Positions 36,230 to 48,368 of a DNA stretch of 50,901 bases are shown in pieces. Under the pieces are notes generated by a model that saw only the letters and a list, made by a program, of their open reading frames with translations, did not search any database and was not told the DNA's origin. A program made the translations under genes and the position numbers. This DNA is from Jimgerdemannia flammicorona (taxonomy: Eukaryota), in assembly GCA_003990765.1 (NCBI GenBank), contig RBNJ01000025.1:1-50901 (forward strand), written 5' to 3'. The stretch's first letter is position 1, and every line of letters starts with the position of its first letter.

Positions 36230-38140
36230 TCCTATAAGGTTTATTCTCTCTGGTCTGTGGGGTTATTTATACAAGTTGGGCTAAGCTATGGTATGATGGT
36301 TCTTACTGAGTAAGACTAACTAATGAAGATAAGAACAAAGTTATTACCAGTGGCAATTTGATAGTGGTGAGTTGACAAGAGCAAAGCTAATACTAATAAG
36401 GATAAGATTGTTGCACTTGTCAAGTAACAGTATTAAAGATAAAAGCTAATTAAATAAATATAAGATAAATTATTTATAGAATTAGACTAATTAAGCTATA
36501 ATACTTGATGAATGATACTATTAAAAACTAAGCTATAATAAGTAGGTTTTGTCACTAGTAGTAGTTAACAGTAGTAAGACCAATAGCTAACTAAATATAA
36601 GTTAGAAATATTTGTTAATATCAATAGAGTGATATAATTTTTAGTTAATAAGATCTGTGACTTTTTTTATTTATTTTTCAAAAAGTAAAAAGTAGGTCAG
36701 AATAGAAGTTAGACTAATTATCATTTAAAGATAGATAGAAAACTGATAAATTCTTAAAGTTTTTTCTTTTTTAGTTAATAATTAAAAAGAACTATATTTA
36801 GAAATAATTTTATATTTTATAATATTATCTAAAAATAATTATTCTTTCTCTCAGTAAGAGATATCTAAAATTTCTTATATAATAAACAGCTAACTAGATA
36901 GTAAGTGATATAATATAAACTCTAATAAAATAAGTTCAGTATATTTAAATTTATCTTGGATATAGTTATTACATACTAATAAAGTAGGCTATATATCTTA
37001 GCTTTTATTTAATTAATATTTTCTTTAGTAAGATATATATGAAAAACATCTTAAAAATATATAATTATTTAAGAAATATAGCAAAAGATTTAATAAACTT
37101 GAAGTTTTTTTTTAATTTATCTAGTAGTAAGTTTTTTTTTACTAAATAAGATCTTAATAGTTTTTATTTTATAATTTATCTTAAAGTCTATAATATTATG
37201 TATATTATTTATTTATTTATTTAGATAAAAATTATCTACTTCATTATATTTTTATTTATAAATTAATAGATATATTAATAATTTAAAATATATACTTATA
37301 AATAAGATATATAATTTAATTGATAATATATATAAATATTAAGTTAATAATATATATTATTGCTAAATAATATAACTATTATAGTATATACTATTTAATA
37401 ACTTTATCTAATTTATTTATTATATGTATTTTATAATATAGATATATAATTAATAATAAAAGAAATCAGAAAAACTCTATTCTATTTTTATATACTAGTT
37501 ATATTATTTAGTAATCTTATAATATTTTATATAATAAACTCTATTTATTATATAAACTAGTACTCTATTTTCTCAAAGATTTATATTTATATAATTATTT
37601 AAAAGATCTATTTTTATCTAAATATTTATAAATATCTGAACTTCTATATTAATAATCTGAAATACTTTATTCATTATTACTAAGTTATAATATAATATCT
37701 TAAGAATATTTCTAAAAATTTAGTCTTTTGATATATATATATAATATATTTATTGAAAATATAACTCAATTTTATTTAAAAAAAATAAATTTATTTTTAT
37801 TTTTATTTTATTTATAAAAATTATAAATTTTATAAAATTTTAATTATAAGTATTTTTTTTTTTTTATAAAGTTATTATTATTTTATAAGTTAAACTTCAA
37901 AAAGTCAAATTTGTCTATATATATATTAATAGATATATATATAAAATAAAAGAATAATTATTTAGTAAGAATTAAATAATTTATCTACTAATAATTATTT
38001 TTATAATTATATTATACTACTATGCTAACATATCTAGAGAGGAAACTTATTCCAAATGAAATCTAGTTACATATATAGAAGAATAAAGTAGAAAAAATGA
38101 TATAAAAACTATTATTAACTATGAAAGTGTTATATAGAAG
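36230..38140. other. Extremely AT-rich hypermutated island, probable TE relic
   Basis: GC content falls progressively from ~36230 to almost pure A/T; CpG is absent; residual C and G occur mostly as CT/AG; no recognisable protein motif. Confidence 0.65.
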
Positions 38141-38244
38141 GGTGGGGCATGATATTTGAAAATGTTGGGTAAATAATTTAGGTCACAAGAGTGATCAAAA
38201 GCCACCGCGCTGTGGCACAGCAGCCTCAACCATATAGCATCGTT

Positions 38245-39150
38245 ATGACATCCCCCAAACATGTCCTCCTTTTCGGCGACTCGCTGACCGAAGGCTATAC
38301 AATAAAAGGCTGGCTGTTCCATCCATATGGGAAAAAGTTGCAGACCTTATGCGATGCAGCAAACCTGGATGTGCAGGTCACTATCGAAGGTCGTTCTGGC
38401 GACCGCGTCGATTCCTCTAGCTGGGAAAAAAGGCTCAGGAACCAATTGGAAAAGATGCATAGCAACGAGATCGCGTACCGAGCCGTCGTCATTCTTGGAG
38501 GTAGGTCGGTCTGTCCTCTGTCGACGCAATTATGACTTGCTCGCCCAATAACAATGTATTTGCTCTCGAATTAAACCTATCAAAGGGATCAATGACGTGT
38601 TTACCTCCATCACCACCGCGCAAGATATATTCGACCGCCTTTGCACCACGTATCGCTTGTGCGAAGAGTTTGGAGTGGGCCATGTGATTGGATGTAGTCT
38701 GATGGAAATGGACACAGGCAGCGTATGCGATTTCAATACTTGCGTCTCCTTTTGACTTTATGGTTGTTGTGTTAACGACTGCATCACCAAAATCAGGACG
38801 ATGGCGAAGACGAGATCAAACGTGTGGCGGTCAACGAATTGCTTCGGTAATCTTCCTCTCAACCCCTCTATACACATTCCTCGACATCAACGTAAACTCA
38901 TCATCTCCACCAAATCGGTGTAAAATCCTCTCCTAGATCTTCTCCGTCCAGTCCATTTGCCGGAACCAAGGTCCCAACGGCGGCCACGCGCTTCACATTC
39001 CTCGACCTCTCCGACCAGTTTCCTCTACACCGACTTTCTCCCGAGGACAAGAAGCTATACTGGGACGATGGGTTGCACTGTACAACGGCGGGGTACGACC
39101 GGATGGGCGAGCTCGTGTTCGAGGTTTTGAGGCCGTTGTTGGGCGAGTGA
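38245..39150 (+). CDS. SGNH/GDSL-type hydrolase; join(38245..38500,38586..38722,38797..38846,38937..39150)
   Basis: Block I FGDSLTEG, block II GRSG, block III LGGIND (across intron 1), block V WDDGLH; canonical introns; open frame. Confidence 0.9.
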
Positions 39151-41510
39151 GCGGGATGTCCTCATTTACCAAGAAATGCTTGCATTGTATGATGTTCACT
39201 TCGCATTCAGAATGTATTTAGCCTAACTTCGTCATAACAGACATACAAATGATAACAATCCCAATACATGATGACACATTACTAGTGGCTGTCTCTGATA
39301 CCCTAATGATGTATACTGATGACTGGTGCACTCCTAATTTTTCTTTGGTCATTCATGTGGTCTTTTCTTTCTCTTCACTCCGTATGTAATGTTCCTTTGC
39401 TTGTTTGGTGTCGCACAATATTTGTGTTTGGTGTTGCGAAATCTCCCACACACCTTGACTGAGTGTGACTGGCGAAGGGGCTAGGACGAGCGGTGAGCGG
39501 CAAGTGACAGGTGAAGCTGATTAAATAATAACAAACAATGCGCTCAGAGGGCTTTGCTGGATGTATCTGTCCTTAGAGCCTTAGGGTATTATGGTCGCCA
39601 GGTGATTATTCAATGGCCAATCCTTTCTATCGGAGCCATCCGAAGATGCTCCAGTTCAACAATGACACACTACACACTCTCACTATTTGTACCCAGCTTG
39701 AAATCGGCTATTCACATTGGTCATCTTTGTACCCCTGGATACAGCAGGTTACCTCGCTCTCATTAAACGGGGAGCGGAACGGGTGCATCAAATCTTTGTC
39801 CCGTGAGTCAAAGCGCTCATATCTGAAAAGTCGATGACCGCAGGTAGAGGTGTGAAGTGTAGTGTAACCTGATACTCTTTCTTCTATACCCCCCTCTACT
39901 GGGGGGATCGGTGCACAGTCGCACTATGTAGGGCTTTTATTCTTGGACCAGACTCGTTCTCGGTTATCATAAGGCAACCGGAGACGGGGCAGTTTTATAC
40001 CTTCATTCCCCTCCGTGAGGTTGTTGGTTCCCGGCAAGGACGCCGGTTATGGTATGGAATATCAGTCCAACGGCTAGCGAACACTGCCTTATGTCATGCC
40101 ATATTCTCTTTTTAATTATTGACGTACTTCGCTGCCAGTCTCAGGCTCGAATATACCATGTAGTTGTTCTGAGTGTGAAATTAGGCTACTCACCCTCTCT
40201 AATCGAAAAAGCAATGGTTTAAAGCTATATTTAAAAAGTTATTCAGACACTAGATATAGTTGGCAGTAATATTAGTCCCAAAAGATACGTATAGAACGTA
40301 AAGTACCTGGAGTAATAACGATTTGCAAGCTATCGTGTCCATTTCTAAAACACGTATATTTATACACAGTGGCGACTTCAAACAAGCCACGCCCTTACCA
40401 TCTTGCATACTCCCTCAAATCTCTATTGCTTCCACTCTTCCTGTACCCAAAGAACCTTCGCCACCACAATCAATGTATATGTATCGCCGACCTCAACACT
40501 GGTGACCTAATTTCGTCGGGTTCAATGATCTCGATTACACTGAATGACATCTCCGTTTGAAAATCAGACAAATTGCTCGTTACTCGAGTTGCATATTTCA
40601 ACTGTTTTCATTGTTGATATCCAAACCGAATGTCAAAAGATACACAAACCTCCTTCCTACTCTGTTTTGTGGACTTTCAACGTCAGTATAATATACGACC
40701 TTCTATATTCGACATCAGTCATGCTATTTCCAGTACATCATCTATGTGCAAAAGGCAGAGATATGCAAAGAGATATATGCACTGTTTGTGTGATAGGATC
40801 ACATAACAATAAAAACAATAGATAAAATAGATAGTCTATGCTCCATTAAAGAAGAAAGACCTGGTGGTACATATATTGGCGCGCATCTACAACTCTTTTA
40901 CCCTGGCAGTATACACATAGTGCATTTTAAGCTGTTTGGCAGCAGAGGTCGCGAGGCCTTGGCAAACTCACCTCGTTTAGCTTTTCTCTTTTTTAGACTA
41001 TGCATGTCCTGGGAAACTGGTTGGATTTCCACACCATTTGTGTTGCGATCTGTCGAAGTAGAAATCGCCATTCCCTCGACCATTGTCATTGTAATATCGA
41101 TTGATAGCTGCCTGAATCAATCGTGCTTGCGAATACTGCACAATTGTAGTGTGAGAGTAAAAAAATATATATATATATTTGTAAAAATTCGTTTTCGATA
41201 CAAAAACCCTTCAACACCAAAATCAGACGAACCGTGTTTCGGAAGGATAGGACCCCTTAAGATTTCGTTAATTCATAGGGTTCCACAAAACCCGGGAATT
41301 TGGATATTTCCCCGTACATAAATGACGTTTCACGATGTTCACGAAAAAATAGGTTCAGTAAATTTATTAGGCTGCTCCAGAACCTCGATATTGATTACAG
41401 AGTATTACCAACAGAACGAATTTAATCCACTGCCATCCGTATTGAAAAATAGAATTATGGGATTTTTTTGTATATTAGGTATAAAATCGTGCGTCATTCA
41501 ATAATATTAT

Positions 41511-43267
41511 CTAAAACAATTCAGGAAGAGGCTTAGTGTGTTCGATGACGACCGCCTCCAACTCATGTGGGTTCAAACCAAGGGCTACGAGGGTGGATGG
41601 GGCGATCTGCCTGGTGGACACAGGGACAGAGACCTTTTTGGCGCGGAAGCGAGGGTTGTGCACAATAATGGGAACGTGCAAATCGTCCTCGTTAAATCCA
41701 CCATGCTCGGCAACCTTACTTTTCGAAGCCGTGTAGATGACGCCGGGGACGGTTTGGATGATCACATCTGGTACACGTGAGTCCGTCGCCGGATTGCCGA
41801 AACCGGCAGTTTTAACGCCGGGACCTTCCCAGAGCTTGAGCAGACCAATCGTTTTGGCGGCAGTCAACAGGCTCGCAGCTGCGGAGGCACTATCGCTGCC
41901 GTTCTTGAGCCAGAGAAGGCCGACATCGTCGCCGGTGAAGTGGGCGACGGGCACGCTGCCCACGTGGCTGGAAGCGTCCGGGTCGACCTTGTTGAGTAGA
42001 GTCTTATCGATGGGGGACTGGCCGTGCTTGGCGGAAATAATGAGGAGGGTCTTCCTATAGATGCCGCTCTTTTTCAGGTTGGCGATGAGGGTGGCGAGCT
42101 GGGCGTCGATACCGAGAAGGGCTTGTGCCACGACGGGAGACGGTGTGCCGTCAGCCTTGAGGTAGCCATCGGTCTTCTGGACGACGGAGAGCGATTGGAA
42201 GTTACCACCGAAGAGGTTGGGAGTGGCCCAACCCTTCTCGTGCTTGCCGGCGGAGTCCAAGCCCTTGATCCAGTTGTTAATGGCATTCCAGTGGAGCTCT
42301 GGATAAAATGCAACAAATGTGAGGGTATGATTCCACGATGCGGCCGATGTCCGTGTATGACACATAAAATCGCATGTAAAGATCGACACGGAATACTTAC
42401 GGTCATAAGCCTGAACGGCCGCAAGCCCTGCGGCAATGGAGTTAATCTCGGGAGTATACAAATCCTCGACACCCTTGCCAGAGGGACCGTGGACGATGTC
42501 ATAGGCAAAGTGCTTATCCGTCCAGGCTGTGTGCAGCTTGTGCTTTCTGGCGACCTCGAATATAGTGTTTACACGAATGTAGTTGTGTGGGTACTCTGGC
42601 AGGCACTTTTTGCCAACCAACCTGAGTGGCAATTTCGCTACATCGATGCCGCCACCACCATCGAGAAGTGTATCATTAAAATCGATACTTTCGTCATACA
42701 GAGCATTCACGCCACGAGCTCCTTGGCAATTTGACCCTGGTGGGAACAGTTCGCGATCCCAAGAGTTGTCGTACCAAATACCAGTGGTCTTCGGGGAGCC
42801 ACCAGTTATCTGGGCTATCAGACCGGGGAAAGAATCAGAGGGCTTGGAGGTCTGGATGGGAAGGACACATTACGATATTTTGTTATTCAATATTCATTCG
42901 ACCCGTTGGTCAATCACATCGGCTTATTTGTGACGAGGAAAAAAAGTAAATTATTATAAGAGATATCCTACCTGCGCATTCTGATATTCAATACCATTCT
43001 TCAAGAGAGCAGCAAAGGCGGACTTGGGATGATTCTTAACAAACACGTCCAAGTCTTTTTGATGCATACTATAATTATGTAGAAAGACGATTGCAAAATT
43101 AATAAGGAGATCGGATGAATACTGATTAAAATTGAACCATAGTGTGGTAAAACGTACCCATCGATCGACAACAAGATGACATGCTCAATGCCACGTCCTC
43201 TCTTGGGATGCGCGTCCGTGGTGGAAAGAAGGAGAAGAGCAGCAAAGACAATGGTCTTGAACATCAT
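41511..43267 (-). CDS. Secreted alkaline phosphatase superfamily protein (type I phosphodiesterase/nucleotide pyrophosphatase-like); exons 43158-43267, 42972-43068, 42401-42851, 41511-42298
   Basis: Signal peptide MFKTIVFAALLLLSTTDA; HVILLSIDG|MH, PSDSFPG, IISAKHGQSP and AEHGG...DDLHVPII motifs. An in-frame 102-nt intron (42299-42400) lies inside the listed ORF. Confidence 0.9.
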
Positions 43268-43607
43268 GTTTGCAGGCGGAATGCCGTTGTGAAAGAGAAA
43301 ACGCCGATGCATTTATAGTTAATTTTCGGATGCAGCCGCCATCAAAAGGGCCTTTGGCGGCGGCCACCAGTTGTACCTGGAACAATCATTGTAGAATGAT
43401 TGGGTTGTATCACGGGATTATCGGAAAATTAATTTCGCACCTTTCATCCCAGTTCTTTTGTCTCATAGTACTCAAGGCCTCGGTGCTTTACTCTTCGAGC
43501 GATGATTGGCCAACTAGAACTGTGTCCCCGTCTCGCGCATAGATGGTGACAAAGCACCGTCCCACAGTTGACACATCATATTGTCTGTGTAGCTCACGCC
43601 GTTTACA

Positions 43608-43765
43608 AGGAATTTCGGTGGTATAAGAGTACCGAGCATTTCCGTGGCGTAAGAACCAGGAATTTCTGTGGTATAAGAGTACCGAGCATTTCCCTGGCGT
43701 AAGAACCAGGAATTTCCGTGCCATAAGAACACCAAGAACTTCCGGCATAAGAGTACCAAGCATTT
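43608..43765. repeat. Tandem repeat, ~49-bp period built of two related ~24-bp subunits, ~3 copies
   Basis: aggaatttc.gtggtataagagtaccgagcatttcc.tggcgtaagaacc repeated. Confidence 0.85.
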
Positions 43766-44067
43766 AGAGCATTGAATGGCTATGTGCGGATCTAGAAAAA
43801 TAATTAACTTTGACAGACGATTATCACTAGCTATGATTATCACAACTGAGGGTTTCAAAAGGAGCGTCCAATATTACATGATTGACACGCACGTGTACCA
43901 TCCAGGGACTTATATAGTAACTCCCAGGCGGGCCGTCCCAGGCTTGGCAAATTTTTGTGCACCATCGGCAAAATATTCATCACCTATATAGAGATTCGCA
44001 ATTAAAAAAGGACTTAACTTTAGTATTACAAGCCACTTTTTTAATCACCGCACAAAAAATGGGCATA

Positions 44068-44395
44068 CTCCACTCGATTTTGCAATTGAGGAGTACGTTG
44101 ACGTGGGAAGAGTTTGTATACGATTTGTAACAAACTTCTGTACTTTCTGCAAAATGCATTAGCAGATGAATTGTCGTCTAGCGAAATCGAAGACGTACCG
44201 TCGACCAAACGCATGTTTGGCATGCGGAGAAATGATATTTTAAAGGCGTAGGCCTACTTTCAAGCTGTCTAACCCGATTTCATCATATATGGTAATGACG
44301 AGATGAAGTTAAGGGTGGGTACACTACCCATACCGAATGGGGACTCCTCATTGTGTTCGCTCCGGTGCTCTTATTTTATTTTATTTAATAAATTC
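44068..44395 (+). repeat. Direct repeat, partner at ~49478-49833
   Basis: Shared cactcgattttgcaa...aaaatgcattagcagatgaattgtc...ccgtcgaccaaacgcatgttt...gcctactttcaagct...acactaccc. Confidence 0.85.
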
Positions 44396-45180
44396 ATATT
44401 TTCAAATTTCATCACCAATACCACACTCCTCCCCATATCAAGTCTATTCCTTCTGAATGAATTTTTCTAGTAGTTCCATGCCGAACGATTACATTGACGA
44501 TCACCTCAGTGTCGAAGATTATGTCTAACGAAAAGTGGAACATGTCACACAAGGAAAATACCCATGTGTTACTTATCTCAGAAAGGAACTTCTAAGGATT
44601 TATACCCGAATAACCCATTCAGCTCGAGCACCGATTGCTCTATTATGAGGATGCACCATATGTACGTATCTTTCTTTTGACTGATATGGCTGGGCACATG
44701 CCCTTCTATGCTTATTCCATTCATCAATGCTTACCTCAATAGTAAACTAGCTCCAGATAGCCACCTCTTTGGTGGGCAATCACGGTTTACCAACCTGCAG
44801 AACCTGATCAGCGAAACCAACTTTCGCTGGCTGCTGCCCAATATCCCATCTGGTGCTCAAGAGGACCTGCTCTCAATGCCCCATGCCGCTGCAACGTGAT
44901 CGCGCTTGACCCATGCGACCGAGCATCGACTTTATCACCGTCACATTGCGCCTGTCTGTTGCGGACGCAGAACTCTGATGTCAGGCGTTTTATTTCTTTC
45001 TCCTTTTACTTTGTTACTGGAGTTTGATGGCTTCAAGGAGACTTTGGCACTTGGCTTTCAGCGCCATGTAAGGGTGGAGACGCAAAAGGAAGAGTTGTTT
45101 TGGTTGGCCTGAAGAATCGGCGCTATGTCACCTTTTCGTCCTCTCATTCACATTAGTTGGCCATATGTGTCAATCATTAC

Positions 45181-45319
45181 TGTTGGGATTTTTACTAGAA
45201 TTTACGCGTTTTTACGCGTTTTAAATTGATGGCGTAAAGAATGACATGTCACAGTTGATGACGTATACATCTAAATACAAGCCACAAAATGCCCGTTACT
45301 CGAGTTGCATATTTCAACA
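45181..45319 (+). mobile_element. 139-bp solo-LTR-like element with 5-bp TSD
   Basis: TGTTG...CAACA termini; perfect ATTAC duplication at 45176-45180 and 45320-45324. Confidence 0.82.
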
Positions 45320-45834
45320 ATTACTACCGTGCCGCTCGCACTTTATCTATGATGTGACTAGCTACCAACACCACGACTGTTTTCCCGGCAATGGTTGGCA
45401 ATATGAGACACGAAACGTTTCATTTATTCATTTATTGCAAGTACAAATATACCTTTTTTATTTTATTTTTTTACAAAATTTGACTACCCGAGTATCTTTA
45501 TACACCTTTGGCTCCATGTCCTCTCTGTGGCTTGACAATCTGAACGATGGCTTCTCCTGCTTGCTGAGCGACCACATTACGAATTACCACTTCTTGGAAT
45601 CGGTTACGATCTCGAATAACCACACTGTGGCCTTAATTGAGAGAACCTCGCACAAGTCGTCTAACGCCATGATGACATGTCATGTAAACGGCAAAAAGTC
45701 ACGAACTCTTTGTGGTGTAAACAGACAAAGCCGGACCTCTTTGATACGAAAGGTCATTGACGACGTCAAGTCGATCGGCCACGAAAAGCGACAAATTTCA
45801 TGTCCTGAACAGTGAATTATTCTTGACTTTTATT

Positions 45835-46247
45835 CATGGCTAATTATCCTGCGAGTTGGTAAACTATATATTCGACTATGCCAGCACACTGCACAATACG
45901 CTATGGCCATGTTCTAAAGCAGTCATATACTCAAACTATTGGTGACGACACCAAGTCCGAAACAAGCAACACGGAATGCCGATCGGCCACGTAAAAAACG
46001 GCAAAATTTCTTATCTCCATGGCCAGGGTAGCAATACAGATGCAACTTGTGGGAGTACATTCTCGACTTTTATTCATGAGGTTCCAGCCATATTTCACTG
46101 CTGGTTATTATGTGGAAAGGGAAGTAAAGTGAGAAAAATGCTTTTTTGGTTGCTCAAATAATCCAAATTTGGGGGTCCTCCGTGACTGTGTGGCTGGCGA
46201 TGACCGGTGGCTGCTGCAAACTCTACCAAAATCAGTTCAGTTCACAG
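45835..46247 (+). repeat. Dispersed repeat, direct partner ~49055-49467; part also inverted at ~24860-24975
   Basis: Shared ggctaattatc...ggtaaactat, gccgatcggcc...tatctccatggccagg.tagcaatacagatgca, and accaaaatcagttcagttcac. Confidence 0.8.
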
Positions 46248-46912
46248 CCCAGTAAAATATTTGGCGGCAGGGGGCGCTTAACAAATCCATAGTTTTATCA
46301 CGCCTCTTTGGAAAGGGAATGTCTGATCAAGGCAATTCGATTGTGGTTATATTAGGTATGTTCGATCCGTGCCCGTGATTCTTTTTTGCTGTAAAAATCG
46401 CCTTCTAGTGCCACACACTGGATCAGCAACTACAAAGGACACGTAAGCGATATGCGAAAATATAATGTAAAAGCTGATATTCTAGAACTCCTAATTGTCA
46501 ACTCAATCCTGTGAGTATACTACCCCAAAACAGAATTTCGATCGTACGAAGGTTCATTGCAGATATTATTCTTGGTAAAGCATTTAGCTCCGTCGACGCA
46601 TATATTTTAAACTGCTTGGATTATGACTCGGGTTCAAATATATAACCTAGTAGAGTTCATTTTTATTCACAACGCTAGCACAAACTCGTCCGACAATGAA
46701 ACAGACAATCTATTTCACTAGTATTCAATTGCCATTTTGTCAGCAGTACTACTTATTGCAAATATAGAAGACATGTAGATTGTAGTCAAGATATAAACCA
46801 AACATAAATGGCTATGCTCCAATACATACAGTACAAAATGTTAAAACAATATTGCAAAGACTTCGGTACGGAACAATGTCAGTTTCGTAAGAGTATGAAC
46901 TATCTACGACAC

Positions 46913-48368
46913 TCAGCCTCGACGATCTTTTATCCGATACTTGCATTGTCCATATAAGGTCACAGCAGGATAAACCTTATTGGGAAGATTAGTCCAGGCT
47001 GTCTCGTAATTTAATCCGTTAATCGAAAGGGCACAGGTATTGTTATTTAGATTTAAATGCAAGGTTATGACATGACCGACTGCAATACGTTTGCCATAGG
47101 ATTGGAGAGTCCATGCATATGGCCGGGTTGCCATGCTATCACCAAAATGTGCGAATTACTCTCCAATGAGCCCAATGTGACAGGCACCGTCGGGGCGAAG
47201 GGATTCAACAACGATGTCCCATTCGCAAAGATCCTTCGTTCCAGGAGAGGAAAGCCGTACTGTCTGTGACGAAATCCCCGAGGGGAGCTCCATAGTTCGG
47301 CCATCTTCCGAAATGACCACTTGAGAACTGGCTTTCGACCGATCCCACTGAAGAGTAACATTGTGATGCACCTTTCCGCGACATGCGGATGGATGTCCCG
47401 TAGGGCACACCGTGTTCTTGCAGGCGTGATGGCAAAATGCCATATAAGGCACAGAGGTCCCTGCAAACTCGTCAACTGCCTCTGTGAGGCTCTTAAGTCG
47501 ATGTGGGCAGACGAGTGTGAGGTCAAGGTGGCTCATCATTTTGAGCAGCAAGTCGCGCGATGGACCATCTCCCAGTCGAATCGTGCCCTTGCTCCCCGCA
47601 ACAACATCATTAATGTCATGCAGAACGGTATGGCGCTCTGAAGCCGATGGCGAGCTCTCGTTGCGTCCCCAGACCCAGTCGACGACGCACAGTAACAGCT
47701 CATGCTCGGATGTGGCAAGGGTTGCTACCTCGGTGAGGAGCAGCTCGAGGGCCTCTTCGGAGAGGTCGATCAGCTCGCCGATGGCAAGCTTGTGAACGCG
47801 GAAGTGTTGAGGAGCACGTCGTAGAGGTCTTTGTTGGCTTCGCTCCAGGGAATGGAGGCGACGGCTTCGTTAAGAAGCGATGAGGCGACACCAAAATCAT
47901 CGAGGTTATGTGCGCGTTCCAGCACCATCTTCGTGAGCTTGGGGAGGAGGAGAAAGCTTGCTGCGCGGTATATTCCAACCGCGATGGAAAAATTGACAGT
48001 GTTGTCGATGGTTTCGGTGTGAATGAAGCCGAGGACGATGTTGAGCACCGCAGAGGTGATGTCGTTTAGGACAACGCGATGAGAAGAACTCTCTCGCATG
48101 TTTCCGTACAGCATCACCTTGAAGACTGGGCACCTTTTAGGAGACCATATAAATTAGATGTGTAAAAAAAAGGCACGAAAACCGATGGACAAAACTAAAC
48201 TGTGTAAAGGAATCGAAATCGGACAAACCTTGAAGCCAGTACGGCACGGCACGCGCCTAGCTCGACACCGTCCGCGCAGACGATGGTGACATCGTGGTAG
48301 GTTTGGTCCTTCCAGATGGAAGCGATGTCGTCCCTAAGGCTAAAACCGCTATCAGATTGATCGACCAT
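46913..48368 (-). pseudogene. BTB/POZ - BACK-like - SPRY/B30.2-like protein gene with a frameshift and an internal stop
   Basis: Exon 1 ...YHDVTIVCADGVELGACRAVLASR|CPVFKVMLYGNMRES... (BTB); LSEEALELLL...TSEHELLLCVVDW (BACK-like); GHVITLHLNLNNNTCALSING...AWTNLPNKVYPAVTL (SPRY). Frameshift near 47800 and TAA at 47156-47158. Confidence 0.82.

Noticed and set aside
36230-38140. Mitochondrial insertion, endosymbiont DNA or centromere
   Set aside because: No organellar or bacterial gene motifs; the graded edge and dinucleotide pattern match the neighbouring mutated retroelement.
42024-42734. 236-aa plus-strand ORF
   Set aside because: Antisense to the phosphodiesterase gene; no independent motif.
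45246-45815. 189-aa ORF
   Set aside because: Starts inside a solo-LTR-like element, includes T-rich non-coding-like sequence, and shows no recognisable domain.
47136-47159. 24-nt GT-AG micro-intron that would remove the stop in the BTB-SPRY gene
   Set aside because: Far shorter than the other introns in this window (roughly 60-150 nt), and the upstream frameshift would remain.
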